Shown: positions 41,244-51,712 of the stretch, one piece after another | Layout of the letters: every line of letters starts with the position of its first letter | How positions within the stretch are numbered: position 1 is the first letter of the stretch | DNA from: an uncultured delta proteobacterium | GTDB lineage: Bacteria; Desulfobacterota; Binatia; UBA9968 | Assembly: GCA_963755715.1 (NCBI GenBank) | Contig: CAVWLW010000058.1 | Span: forward strand, 1 to 58,330 | Direction: 5' to 3' | Length of the DNA stretch: 58,330 nt | Position numbers and translations under genes: made by a program | The notes under the pieces: generated by a model | The model's input: only the letters and a program-made list of their open reading frames with translations | Databases searched by the model: none | Told to the model about the DNA's origin: nothing

Positions 41244-42299
41244 ATGGCAAGTTCAGTGCGAATCTACGCGGGTACCCAGGAAGGGTTGTTTGTATGGCGC
41301 TCTAAGAACGGCGGGTGGGAGAATGTCGCAGTGTCTTTCGAGACCGGCACCATCGATTCCGTCGATGGATTACGCAGCCGGCCCAACGTCGTCTATCTGG
41401 GCGTCACGCAAGACGGCTTGTATCGAACCGATGACGCGGGCAAGAGCTGGCGGCGTGTCTTCGAAGGCAACGTTCGGGCTGTGACGGTGGATTCTACCGA
41501 TGAGCGCGTCGTGTACGTCGGCATCGAGCCCATCCATCTCTATCGGTCCGAAGACGGAGGTGAGAGTTGGGAGGAGCTTGTTGGCGTCCAAGCTCTACCT
41601 TCCCAGGTGAAAGCAAAATGGAGCTATCCGCGGCCGCCGCACCGGGAGCACGTGCGCCACATTTTCGTCCATCCGGATGATTCGAACATTCTTCACGTCT
41701 GTTTGGAGCACGGCGGGATCATTCGCAGCTTCGACCGCGGCAAGAACTGGGAGGACGTGAGCGGCGGCATCGACTATCTGGACATTCACCACATCAGCAG
41801 CGCGCCGGGGCGCAAAGATCTGTATTTTGTCGCCAGCGCTCGCGGATTTTTCAAAGCGAGCGATCCGGGCCAGGGCTGGCAGCGCGCGGAAAATGGTTTT
41901 ACGCGCGATTATTTCCACGATTTTGTTTTTTTGCCCGGCACCACGCCGACGATGCTGGTCGCGGCGGCGGACAAATCACCCGGGTATTGGGACCGTCCCG
42001 AGCGCGCGCAGGGCGCGATCTTCCGCAGCCGCGATCTCGCCGAGAGCTGGGAGCGGGTAGGTACGGGAAACTGGTTGCCGGAAAACATGAGGCAGATGGT
42101 CTGGGCGTTGACGCAGCATCCGGAAGACCCTTCCATTGTGTATGCAGGTCTTGGCGCTGTGTCTCGCGGGCGCTCGGCGGATGCCACCCAAAAAGGCCAT
42201 GGAGATATACTCGTAAGCGTCGATCGGGGAGACAACTGGGATAGGCTGCCGTTGGATTTGCCGGCAGACCGGGTGCTCTTCGTTGCGGCCGATTCTTGA
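41244..42299 (+). CDS. BNR/Asp-box beta-propeller protein (WD40/YVTN/glycosyl-hydrolase-like), cytoplasmic
   Basis: Repeated Asp-boxes: RTDDAGKSW, RSEDGGESW, RSFDRGKNW, RSRDLAESW, SVDRGDNW. No signal peptide. Confidence 0.85.
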   Translation: MASSVRIYAGTQEGLFVWRSKNGGWENVAVSFETGTIDSVDGLRSRPNVVYLGVTQDGLYRTDDAGKSWRRVFEGNVRAVTVDSTDERVVYVGIEPIHLYRSEDGGESWEELVGVQALPSQVKAKWSYPRPPHREHVRHIFVHPDDSNILHVCLEHGGIIRSFDRGKNWEDVSGGIDYLDIHHISSAPGRKDLYFVASARGFFKASDPGQGWQRAENGFTRDYFHDFVFLPGTTPTMLVAAADKSPGYWDRPERAQGAIFRSRDLAESWERVGTGNWLPENMRQMVWALTQHPEDPSIVYAGLGAVSRGRSADATQKGHGDILVSVDRGDNWDRLPLDLPADRVLFVAADS

Positions 42300-42332
42300 T
42301 CGTCGGAATCCGTTATCCATAGAATTTCTACA

Positions 42333-43389
42333 ATGGAGCGTGTCATGAGATTCCGCCGAAGGACGTGGTTGAATATTTTCTATTTTATTTTCGTGACGGC
42401 GTTTCTGGCGATATCCGCTGAACGAACATGCGCGCAAAGCGCAGATCTGATTCAGGCCGCCAAAAAAGAGGGCGAGGTTGTCGTGTTCGGAACGCTTGAG
42501 AACGATGTAGCCGGAGCTGTGCACAAGGGCTTCGAAGCGAAGTATGGGATCAAAACCAATTACTTCCGTGCCTCGTCTACCGTCATCATTGACCGAGTCA
42601 CCAGTGAGCACCGCACCGGCAAGATGAGCGCAGATGCGGTCTTCGCAACTGCAGAACCGATGAAGTACATCAACAAGGAGAAAGGCCTCTTGGTCCGCTA
42701 TGTTTCGCCGTCGGCCAAAGACTACAATAAACAGTTGGTGGACGGCTTTTTTGGCCCGAACTATCGCAGTGTGATTATCGGGTTCGTTTACAATAAAAGC
42801 ATGATCAAACCCGAGGACGCGCCAAAATCCTATGAGGATATCGTCAATCCGAAGTGGAAAGGCAAGATCACCATGGGCAATCCGAGCCTCCACGACACCA
42901 CCATCAACTGGCTCGCTAGTCTTCCTTCAGTCTTCGGATCGAGTCAAAAAGCCAACGACTGGATCAAGCGGCTTGCTGCTTTGGAACCGCTGATGCTCGA
43001 TTCGATGGTCCCGGTCGGCGAGCGCATTGCGTCGGGAGAAATGCCGTTGGGTGTCGCGTACGTGAAGTATGTTCACTTGTGGGGTCTGAAAGGCGCGCCG
43101 ATTGACTACGTGAAAGGACTGCCCGGTTTACTTGGGCGATGGAAATTACATCGGTCTTACGGCGAAAGCGCAGCATCCCAATGCCGCAAAGCTGTATATC
43201 GATTATTTTCTTGGCCAAGAGAGCTCGGAGATCATGGCCAACGTAGGCGAATTTGTGAATCGCCGCGGTATTTCACCTCCCATCGCGGGCGCGGACCAGG
43301 TAGCCGGTAAGTTCGTTCAAATGATCTCCATGACGCCGGAAGAATACTCAAAAAGGAAAGAGGAGTATCGACGAATTTTTCAGCGATGA
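42333..43389 (+). CDS. Extracellular solute-binding protein (Fe3+/polyanion SBP_bac type; frameshift near 43135)
   Basis: Signal peptide, AAKKEGEVVV, PKSYED...PKWKGK, HPNAAKLYIDY. Confidence 0.88.
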
Positions 43390-43472
43390 CCGCGAATTGT
43401 TCGAAGTTCGGGAGAAATTTCCAACGCCATCGGCTGACGCTTAGTGAGAACTGACCCAATAGGACGATTTCT

Positions 43473-44450
43473 ATGAAACGAAGAGCTTACGTCGAGGTGC
43501 CGATGTTTTTGATATGTTTTCTCGCTGCCTTTCTTTCCGTGTCGGCTCAGGCACAGGGTCAGGAAAAGATCCGCATCGGCATTTCATCCAGTTCGCCCGG
43601 CTTTTTGCCCACGGTGGTTGCCGAACAAAAGGGTTTTTTTACCAAATATGGGCTGGCGTCAGAGCATATTCGAATTTCCCTGTCGGTGGCGATGAATGCG
43701 CTCAGTACCGGAGACTTGGACTATGCCATTACCATGGCGCAAGGCATCGCCGGCGCGATAAGAGGTGTTCCGGTAAAACTCCTCATGATGACTCAGGACA
43801 AGCTGGTTTTTTTTCTTATGACACGACCGGGAATCCAACAGGTAACCGATCTGCGCAATAAGACCGTTGGCATTAGTTATTTTGGCAGCACCACGCACTT
43901 GGTAGCCGACGTCATCGCGACGCGGCACGGCATGACTCCGGGCAAAGACATCCATCTGTTGCCGAGCGGCGATGACAATGGACGTTTTGCTTCTCTTGAA
44001 ACCGGCCGGGTCGACGCGGTGATCGGCGGACCGCCTCTAAACATGTGGGGCGCTAAGAAAAACTACAAAGTGATTGCCTGGGCGAAGGATTATACCAACC
44101 TGCCGCAAAATGCCGTGATTGTGACGGATAAAAAGATTCAACAATCGCCCGATCAAGCCAAGAGAATGATCAAGGGAACCATTGAAGCTCTTCGGTTCAT
44201 TCAAACAAACAAAAAGGAAGCGATCGAAATTCTTGCCGCTTATTCGAGATCGGATCGGGAAACCGCCACCGGCATGTTTGAAAGCTACTTTCCGGCTTAC
44301 AGCCGTGATGGCGCCATGACTAACGAAACATTGCAGGCGGCGGTCGACGACGCGGTCATCCGGGCGAAACTGGAAAAGAAAATTCCTCTTTCCCAGGTTG
44401 CGGATCGGACCTTACTAATCGAAGCGCAACGAGAGCTCGGAATAAAGTAG
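43473..44450 (+). CDS. ABC substrate-binding protein (NMT1/SsuA/TauA family)
   Basis: Signal peptide, A..KGFF.KYGL, DLRNKTVGI...GS.T. Confidence 0.9.
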   Translation: MKRRAYVEVPMFLICFLAAFLSVSAQAQGQEKIRIGISSSSPGFLPTVVAEQKGFFTKYGLASEHIRISLSVAMNALSTGDLDYAITMAQGIAGAIRGVPVKLLMMTQDKLVFFLMTRPGIQQVTDLRNKTVGISYFGSTTHLVADVIATRHGMTPGKDIHLLPSGDDNGRFASLETGRVDAVIGGPPLNMWGAKKNYKVIAWAKDYTNLPQNAVIVTDKKIQQSPDQAKRMIKGTIEALRFIQTNKKEAIEILAAYSRSDRETATGMFESYFPAYSRDGAMTNETLQAAVDDAVIRAKLEKKIPLSQVADRTLLIEAQRELGIK

Positions 44451-44470
44451 GAGCAAAGGAGAGTATCATC

Positions 44471-45565
44471 GTGGTTATCGACGGAGACGGACATTGCAAT
44501 GAGCCCAGAGACCTGTTCGACCGCTATCTGGAAAAAGAGTTTCGCGAGCGCGGGCCGAAAGTGGTGGATGCGAGCGGCACGCGCTGGATGATCGAAGGCA
44601 AGTTTTTGCCGCGCCCCGTGGGCACTTGGGGCCACGGCAGCAGCAGCGGTTATTTTGGCACCAACATGTCCAAGAAGGGCATGGCCACGACGACGCAGTC
44701 GCTTGACGATGTTCCGGGTCGGTTAAAGGATCTGGATACGGAAGGAATCGACGTCCAGGTTGTTTATCCGAACATCATGGCAATGGCGTCCCATCTCGAC
44801 GACGGCGATCTCGCGGCCGCGATGTGCCGCGCCTACAACAACTACGCCGCGGAGAAATCTGAAGCATTCGGCGGGCGCGTCAAACCCGTCGCCGCAGTCG
44901 CGCTGCAAAATCCTGCGGAAGCAGCCGAAGAATTGCGCCGTGCTGTTAAGGAATTGGGGCTGGTCGGCACGGTGGTCACGGGAACGGTCGGGCAGCGGAA
45001 TCTCGACGATCCGTATTTCGAACCGTTTTTTCGCGAAGCCAACGATCTCGGCGCTGCGGTGGGCGTTCATTGGATCACCGGCTGTTTCGATAGTCCGGGT
45101 CAGGAACGCTTCAAAGATCCCTATTTTTATATCCACATGGTCGGCATGCCGTTTAATTTGATGATCGGCATCATGACGCTGATCGGCGGCGGCGTCATGG
45201 AAAAGTATCCGCGAATCAAGTTCGTCTTTTTGGAAATCGGCGCTGCCTGGCTTCCCTACTGGATGTGGCGCATGGACGATCACTATACGAACAGCTCTCA
45301 TCGTTTGCCCACCCTGCCAAAACCTCCAAGCGATTATGTGCGCAGTGAAAGCTGCTTCGTGTCTTGCGAGTCCGATGAAGAAGGGCTGGCGCATACCGCT
45401 GAAATCCTCGGCACGGAGCGTATTATCTTCGCCTCTGATTATCCCCACGGCGATTGCGACTTTCCGCACACCGTCGCGAAGCTTCGTAAGCGCAATGATG
45501 TGAGCGAGGAGTTGAAAGAGCATATTCTTTGGAAAAACGCCGCGCGCCTTTACGGGCTTTCGTAA
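44471..45565 (+). CDS. Amidohydro_2 family protein (tandem copy 1)
   Basis: IDGDGHCNEP, DLDTEGIDVQVVYP, FLEIGAAW, FASDYPHGD. Confidence 0.9.
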   Translation: MVIDGDGHCNEPRDLFDRYLEKEFRERGPKVVDASGTRWMIEGKFLPRPVGTWGHGSSSGYFGTNMSKKGMATTTQSLDDVPGRLKDLDTEGIDVQVVYPNIMAMASHLDDGDLAAAMCRAYNNYAAEKSEAFGGRVKPVAAVALQNPAEAAEELRRAVKELGLVGTVVTGTVGQRNLDDPYFEPFFREANDLGAAVGVHWITGCFDSPGQERFKDPYFYIHMVGMPFNLMIGIMTLIGGGVMEKYPRIKFVFLEIGAAWLPYWMWRMDDHYTNSSHRLPTLPKPPSDYVRSESCFVSCESDEEGLAHTAEILGTERIIFASDYPHGDCDFPHTVAKLRKRNDVSEELKEHILWKNAARLYGLS

Positions 45566-46423
45566 TTTTCTTGGCCAACCCCGACGGAAAAGGAACTAGA
45601 AATGAAAATGGTTATCGACGCAGATGCACACGCCAACGAACCGAACGATCTATTCGATCGCTATCTGGAGAAGGAATTTAAAGAGCACGGCCCGAAGGTG
45701 GTGCAGATCGGCCAGGTGCAATACTGGATGGTCGAAGGGAAGCTCTTACCGCGCCCAGTCGGCACCTTTGGCCATGGCACTCCCAACGGTTATCTTTTCA
45801 AAAAAGGCAAACCGGACATGGCGATCAACTCGCCGGGGCTCGATGACGTTCAAGGCCGGCTCAAGGATCTGGACAAGGAAGGCATCGATGTTCAGGTCGC
45901 TTATCCGAACATCATGGCGATGGCTTCCCATCTCGACGACGGCGATCTTGCGGCCGCCATGTGCCGCGCCTATAACAACTATACCGCGGAGAAATCGAAA
46001 CCCTTCAATGGTCGAGTAAAAGGCATTGCCGCCGTCGCTCTCCAGAAGCCGGACGAGGCGGCCAAGGAGCTGCGCCGCGCGATTAAAGATCTGGGGCTCG
46101 TCGGCACGGTGGTCACGGGAACGGTCGGGCAGCGGAATCTCGACGATCCGTATTTCGAACCGTTTTTTCGCGAAGCCAACGATCTCGGCGCTGCGGTCGG
46201 CGTTCATTGGATCACCGGCTGTTTCGATAGTCCGGGTCAGGAACGTTTCAAAGATCCCTATTTTTATATTCATATGGTCGGTATGCCGTTTAATTTGATG
46301 ATCGGCATCATGACGCTGATCGGCGGCGGCATCATGGAAAAGTATCCCGAAATCAAATTCGTCTTTTTGGAAATCGGCGCTGCCTGGCTTCCCTACTGGA
46401 TGTGGCGCATGGACGATCACTAT
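44963..46423 (+). repeat. 324-bp near-identical direct repeat inside the two amidohydrolases (44963-45286 and 46100-46423)
   Basis: About 10 mismatches by manual alignment, and the first ~98 bp are identical. Confidence 0.85.
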
Positions 46424-46702
46424 TCCCGTTCCATGCATCATCCCGATGGCGTTCCGAAAAAACCCAGCGACTATATCAGGAGCGAGAGTTGCTTCGTCTC
46501 GTGCGAACCCGACGAGGATGGGCTCGCACATACGGCTGGAGTCATTGGCACGGACCGAATCGTCTTCGCCTCTGATTATCCGCACGGCGACTGCGACTTT
46601 CCGCACTCGGTTACGAAGTTTCGCAAACGCAGCGATATCTCCGAAGAGACCAAAGAAAAAATTCTTTGGGAGAACGCCGCGAGATTATATGGCATTGGAT
46701 AA
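45602..46702 (+). CDS. Amidohydro_2 family protein (tandem copy 2)
   Basis: IDADAHANEP, FASDYPHGD; close paralog of the upstream gene. Confidence 0.9.
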   Translation: MKMVIDADAHANEPNDLFDRYLEKEFKEHGPKVVQIGQVQYWMVEGKLLPRPVGTFGHGTPNGYLFKKGKPDMAINSPGLDDVQGRLKDLDKEGIDVQVAYPNIMAMASHLDDGDLAAAMCRAYNNYTAEKSKPFNGRVKGIAAVALQKPDEAAKELRRAIKDLGLVGTVVTGTVGQRNLDDPYFEPFFREANDLGAAVGVHWITGCFDSPGQERFKDPYFYIHMVGMPFNLMIGIMTLIGGGIMEKYPEIKFVFLEIGAAWLPYWMWRMDDHYSRSMHHPDGVPKKPSDYIRSESCFVSCEPDEDGLAHTAGVIGTDRIVFASDYPHGDCDFPHSVTKFRKRSDISEETKEKILWENAARLYGIG

Positions 46703-46749
46703 TCGCCGAGATTTACTGGCATAGAGAATAACTGACACGCGATAAAGCC

Positions 46750-47450
46750 GTGCCGATATCATTTTACGTCAAAAGCACAAATGAATTTTTGGACGGCGAC
46801 CCTTTGGCTGCCAAAATCAAATGCCAAGGCGGGATTGATCTTTTGCCACGGTTGGGGCGGCGGATCGCAATATGACGATTTGCTGGAAACGCTGGCGGAT
46901 AACGGATACTTTGCCATGCGCTTTCAGCAGCGCGGTTACGGCGATTCCACCGGCCAAAGCGATCTCGGTGTATGGGTGGAAGATATGGCGGCGTGCGCGT
47001 CGGTTTTGAAAACCGTCACGAACAAGATTTGGGCGGCCGGTCAATCGACCGGCGGAACCATGTCCTTGATCGCCGCCGCCACGCAAGCCTGCTTCGCCGG
47101 CGCCGTGTCGCTTGCGCCTTTTTGCAGCTTGGAGCAAATTCTGCGCGACAATGCGGAGGCGAAATCCATACTGGAATCGCGCTTCGGCCCGCTTCAGGAA
47201 AAAGACCATCGGGCTGCCGATGCGCTCACGCTGTACGCAAGGCATGAAAAAACCCGTGCTCTTGATTCACGGCACCGACGATCGAACGGTGCCGATCGCT
47301 CATGGAAAGCAGTTGGCTGAAGGCATTGGAGCGAGCGCCAAATTTTTTCCGGTTGAAGGCGGCGATCACCATTTACGCAGCGTAAACCGACGAGCCGTCA
47401 TCGAAACCATCCTTGCTTGGCTGAATGCCCAGGATAGCCATTCCCAATGA
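46750..47450 (+). CDS. Alpha/beta-fold serine hydrolase (frameshift near 47240, probably another near 46795)
   Basis: FCHGWGG, RGYGDS, nucleophile GQSTGG, LIHGTDDRTVP, GGDH. Confidence 0.82.
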
Positions 47451-47556
47451 GTCAGAAAATTGAATCAACCCGTGTGCGAGTTTGTTGGCGAAATTCATTT
47501 AGAAACGAACCAGGTGACCTATTTGATACCAAATCAATAACAGGAGGAATAAATTT

Positions 47557-47976
47557 ATGTTCAAACTTAAAGGTCTTCACCATCTCGGTCTTCCGGTCAA
47601 TGACATGGAGCGAGCAAAGAAGTTTTACACGGAAGTTCTTGGCATGACCTGCGCGAAAGTCGATGTCGACATCGACACCGGTGGGCTCTACAAGGAAGCG
47701 ATGGGTCACTATCCTTTGACTGCCCGGCTCTTCATGGAAAACGGCACGGATCTGGTCCTCTTTCAAAGACCCAAGCCGGTGGAAAGAGGTGATTTCGACG
47801 ACGGCACGTCGCATCTATCTCTCGAGCTTGCGAAAGAAGATTTCGCGACCGCTGTGGCGGACCTAAAAAACTCGGGAGTCAAAATCATGTACGAGGAACA
47901 TGTTCGTGAGTCCGGACGGTCCGTTTACTTCTTCGACACAGAGGGGAACTATTTGCAGATTCACACTCCTCTATGA
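47557..47976 (+). CDS. VOC (glyoxalase) family protein
   Basis: LHHLGLPVNDMERAKKFYTEVLG...HLSL...SVYFFDTEGN; AGGAGG RBS. Confidence 0.9.
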   Translation: MFKLKGLHHLGLPVNDMERAKKFYTEVLGMTCAKVDVDIDTGGLYKEAMGHYPLTARLFMENGTDLVLFQRPKPVERGDFDDGTSHLSLELAKEDFATAVADLKNSGVKIMYEEHVRESGRSVYFFDTEGNYLQIHTPL

Positions 47977-48049
47977 ACAAGAGGCCTAAGACACGGCGGA
48001 CCTCGCCTGCTGCGGCGCTGTCCGCGGTTTTTGACTGTGGTCTTCGCTC

Positions 48050-48203
48050 GGTGGCCGAAGGCGGGGAAGCTATTCATCGATTTTGTTCTGTCACGGCAGG
48101 CGCCAGGCTTTACCCGAAAGTTTGAAACTGTATCTCGTCAACATCGCCATTGAGAAACTCGATCCTCAGGGCTTTAGAAACTTCTTCGGCGTAAGAGACT
48201 AAT
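48050..48203 (+). pseudogene. C-terminal remnant of an SBP_bac-type solute-binding protein
   Basis: PKAGKLFIDFVLSR matches PNAAKLYIDYFL in the 42333 gene. It ends ...KLDPQGFRNFFGVRD*. Confidence 0.5.
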
Positions 48204-48204
48204 C

Positions 48205-49257
48205 TTGGGAACACGGTCGTTACTTGCACGGCATCGTAATCTCGTGGCCCTTCTCTGCGCGGTTTTCATTGTCTGCGCAGCGCCGGTCGGTGCTGCGCAG
48301 AACCGGAAAAAACTCGTGATCGGCTATTCTGCGATGCAAGCTTCGGTAGCGCCTCTTTGGGTCGCCCAGGAACAAGGATTTTTCGCCAAATATGGCATCG
48401 ATCCGGAATTGATTTTCGTAAGAACCACTTCGGTTCAAATCGCCGGACTGCTCTCCGGGCATATCGATCTGAGTTACGGCGGCGGATCGGGAATCTTGCC
48501 TGTGGCGGGGAGCGGCGTGGATCTCAGATTCGTCGCGTCTTTTGCCAGCCGTCTGACCCATTTATTGCTCACAAAACCGGAGATTCAAAAACCTAAAGAT
48601 TTGTCGGGTAAACGGATCGGCGTCGTCAGCATCGGTGGAACCCAATGGATTACGACCAAACTGGGGCTGGAGTATTTGGGCATCGACGAGCAACGCGACA
48701 ATATTCGATTGCTCGCCATCGGCGACCAATCGGTGTTGAGAGGCGCCCTCGAGGGCGGCAATATTGAAGCGGCTTTTTTCAACGGCGCGATCGCCGAAGA
48801 ATTGCGGTCGAAAGGCTTTCGTATTCTCACAGACCTGTACGCAGCGAACATCAAGACTCTCAGTTCCGGGGTAATTGTCAGAAAAGCCTCGCTACAAAAA
48901 AATCTCGAACTGACGACAAACGTGCTTCAAGCTCTGATCGAAGGACTTGCCTTCGTGAAGTCTCCCATGCACAAATCCGCAGTCGTCAAAACACTCATGC
49001 AGCGTTTGAAGATCAATGATCCTGCGGTCGCTGAACAAGGTTATCGATATCTGCAGAGGGATCTGGACATTACGCTTTATCCGCCCGTGGAAGGATTGCA
49101 AAACTTGCAACGATTCATGAAAGCCTACAATCCCCGCGTCGGAGAGGTTCGACTAACCGAGCTTGTCGACGATAGCGTGATCAGGACGTCTTTCGGAGAG
49201 CGGATTCGTGGACAAAACATTTCGCAGTTACGCGATCAAGTGAGTTTCATCGGTTGA
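48205..49257 (+). CDS. ABC substrate-binding protein (NMT1/SsuA family; probable frameshift near the C-terminus)
   Basis: Signal peptide, PLWVAQEQGFFAKYGID, DLSGKRIGV. Confidence 0.88.
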   Translation: MGTRSLLARHRNLVALLCAVFIVCAAPVGAAQNRKKLVIGYSAMQASVAPLWVAQEQGFFAKYGIDPELIFVRTTSVQIAGLLSGHIDLSYGGGSGILPVAGSGVDLRFVASFASRLTHLLLTKPEIQKPKDLSGKRIGVVSIGGTQWITTKLGLEYLGIDEQRDNIRLLAIGDQSVLRGALEGGNIEAAFFNGAIAEELRSKGFRILTDLYAANIKTLSSGVIVRKASLQKNLELTTNVLQALIEGLAFVKSPMHKSAVVKTLMQRLKINDPAVAEQGYRYLQRDLDITLYPPVEGLQNLQRFMKAYNPRVGEVRLTELVDDSVIRTSFGERIRGQNISQLRDQVSFIG

Positions 49258-49414
49258 ATTTACCGGAGAAACATCCGAGACAATTATTAGCAAGCGCTCG
49301 ACATCTTATCGTCTATGCCGGTGGAAGGATCTCTCAAAGATAAATGGAACGCCACAGCAAATTGATCGCCCAACAAATCTTAGAGTATTTCCGTGTTACT
49401 GATCGTCTTTATTC

Positions 49415-50339
49415 TTGGTCCTCATTCGACCGGCTACAGCACAAGTCGACTTTCCCATCGGTTATGTGTCGCGCGGCGGCACCTACGCTTTTATTAGCTT
49501 AATCGAGCAGCACAAACTCTTGGAACAGGAGGGCATCAAGCCGACCTTCGTCTACATCGGCGGGCCGCAGGTCTCGCAAGCACTGATCTCGGGTGATATC
49601 CGCATGGCTATCGTAGCCGCGGCGAGCCCGATCCGCGCCGCCGCCCACGGCGCGGATTTGCGTTTCGTCGGCGGTGTGACGGACAAGGAGGTGGCGTCCT
49701 TTGTCTCCGCGAGCAAATATTAAGACTCCTGCAGAGCTGAAAGGCACGCGTTTGGCTATCGATCGCTTTGGCGACTATAGCGACTTCCGAGCACGCAAGG
49801 TTTTAGAGATGTTTGGCCTGCAAGCGCAAAAAGACGTGACGCTCTTGCAGATCGGCGCGCAAACAGCCCGTTTTGCCGCGCTAAAAACCAACAACGTCCA
49901 GTCAACCTTTGTCGTGCCGCCGCTAACGCTCGTCGCTAGAAAAGCTGGGTTGAACGAACTCGCCGATCTGGGCGAACTCGGGTTTCCCTCATCGTCGGGT
50001 GCCTTCGTCGTCATGCAATCCACCGTCGAAAAAAATCCGAAAGAGATTTATGGCGTGCTCCGCGCCTTTGTCAAAGCGATCCGCATATATAAAGCGGACA
50101 AAGAACAGGCCCTCGGGGCCATCGCGCGTTTTATGAGACTCAATGACCGCGAAGCATTGGAAGAAACCTGGCGCATGAACGCCAAAGTGCTTAAGGATAT
50201 TCCCTCTCCTCCTCTCGCCGGCATCCGGGTCGTCAGAGATTTCTTGGCCCAGACCGATCCGGAGGTTAAGAAAATGAATCTCGAATCCTTCATCACCACC
50301 CAGTTTACCGATCGCCTGCAGAGAGAAGGCGTGAAGTGA
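49415..50339 (+). CDS. ABC substrate-binding protein (NMT1/SsuA family; frameshift near 49708, start uncertain)
   Basis: IGYVSRGG...QALISGDI joined to ELKGTRLAIDRFGD.SD...FAALK. Confidence 0.82.
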
Positions 50340-50357
50340 AACCATCCACCGCGTTGT

Positions 50358-51334
50358 TTGGGCCCTTGGCGAAACTTTCTGTTGCTATTCGCCGTCCTGT
50401 CGTTACCACAAACAACAAACTCCAAATGCAGTGCAGCCGAAAGGCCGTTGCAGAAAGTTCGCGCCGGCTACGTCAGTCCGAGCACCGATAACGTGCTGCT
50501 GCCGATCGCGCAAAAACGCGGCTTGCTTGCGCAGCATGGAATCGAAGTCGAGATTATCGCTCTACGCGGCGGCGTGCAGATGGCGCAGGCGTTGCTTAGC
50601 GATAGCTTACAGTTCGCGCAAATGGCAGGCTCCGTAGTGGTCCGCTCGGTTTTGGCCGGCGGCGATCTGGTCATGATCGCCGGTTTCGTTAACCGAATCA
50701 GTTACCTCATGGTCTCACGGCCTAACATCAACAGCATGAAAGATTTGACCGGCAAGAAAATCGCCACGGCATCCATTGGTGGTTCGGTAGATTCGGTGCT
50801 GCGGCTCGGCCTAAAAGCTTCGGGAATCGACCCTCAGCAAGCAACGCTATTGCCCGCGGGACCGCCAAACGCACGCATTGCCGCTCTGGCCAGCGGTCAA
50901 ATGGACGCGACGATCGTGCTGCCCGAAAATCTCGGCGCTGTTGAAAAAGCCGGACTCAAAGTTCTCAAAGATCTCTCAGAGGTCGACCTACAGATTCAGC
51001 ACACGGGTCTGGTCGTGAGACGGAGCTTGATCAAGGAAAATCGCAATCTCGTCAAATCGGTTCTCGCGGCGATCGTCGAGGCGATCAATTTTTATCGCGC
51101 CAACGAGCGCGAGACCATCGAAATCATGGGCGCATTTGCCGGCACGAGAGATGCCAGGCCATTGCTGGATAGTTATCGGTTTCATAAAAGGCTTTTTCAG
51201 CAGCCGCCCTACCCTCCGCGGAGGGATTCAAAACGGTACTCGCCGAGATTCGTGATCCGGCGATCGATGAAAAGAAGGTTCGTTCCGAGCAATTCTTTGA
51301 CAGGACTTTACTGGATGAGCTGAAAGCAAAATAA
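50358..51334 (+). CDS. ABC substrate-binding protein (NMT1/SsuA family; frameshift near 51220)
   Basis: IAQKRGLLAQHGIEVE, DLTGKKIA...GGS.D, RIAALASG. Confidence 0.85.
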
Positions 51335-51400
51335 GGGGGTACGGGCACTCTTGTCCAAAACGCATTATTTTGAATCGGATCAGCACGAGCGGAATTACAT

Positions 51401-51486
51401 CCCCCTTTACAAAAGGGGGAATGAGGGGGATTTTCTCAGAGAACAATTTGACAAATCTCCCCTGGCCCCTCTTTTTCAAAGAGGGG
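51401..51486. repeat. Inverted pair of CCCC-TTT..AAA-GGGG...GGGGATTT palindromic elements
   Basis: CCCCCTTTACAAAAGGGGGAATGAGGGGGATTT (51401-51433) against the reverse complement of 51453-51486, CCCCTCTTTGAAAAAGAGGGGCCAGGGGAGATTT. Confidence 0.7.
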
Positions 51487-51560
51487 ATCGAACGATCGGA
51501 GACAGCAGTGGCAGGGTAGTTCATTAATTTCTCCGAGGCACTGGGCATTCGGCATTTTGA

Positions 51561-51606
51561 GGCGTGATTTATCACGCCCTCGAGGGCGCAATGATTGCGC
51601 CCCTAC
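51561..51606. repeat. REP-like doublet (BIME-like)
   Basis: The hairpin GGCGTGAT-tt-ATCACGCC followed by GGGCGCAAT-g-ATTGCGCCC-CTAC (reverse complement starts GTAGGGGCG). Confidence 0.7.
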
Positions 51607-51712
51607 ATTGCCTGTTGCCTAGTGCCGTTCCGCTAAGTTGTGATGGCGAACAGGTCGGCAGGGTATTTTTCTGTAATAGTTTTGTGGACCAGAGCGAATT
51701 TTTGAGCGTGCG

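Noticed and set aside
51335-51712. CRISPR array or structured ncRNA
   Set aside because: No regularly spaced direct repeats and no cas genes. The hairpins are better explained as REP-like elements.
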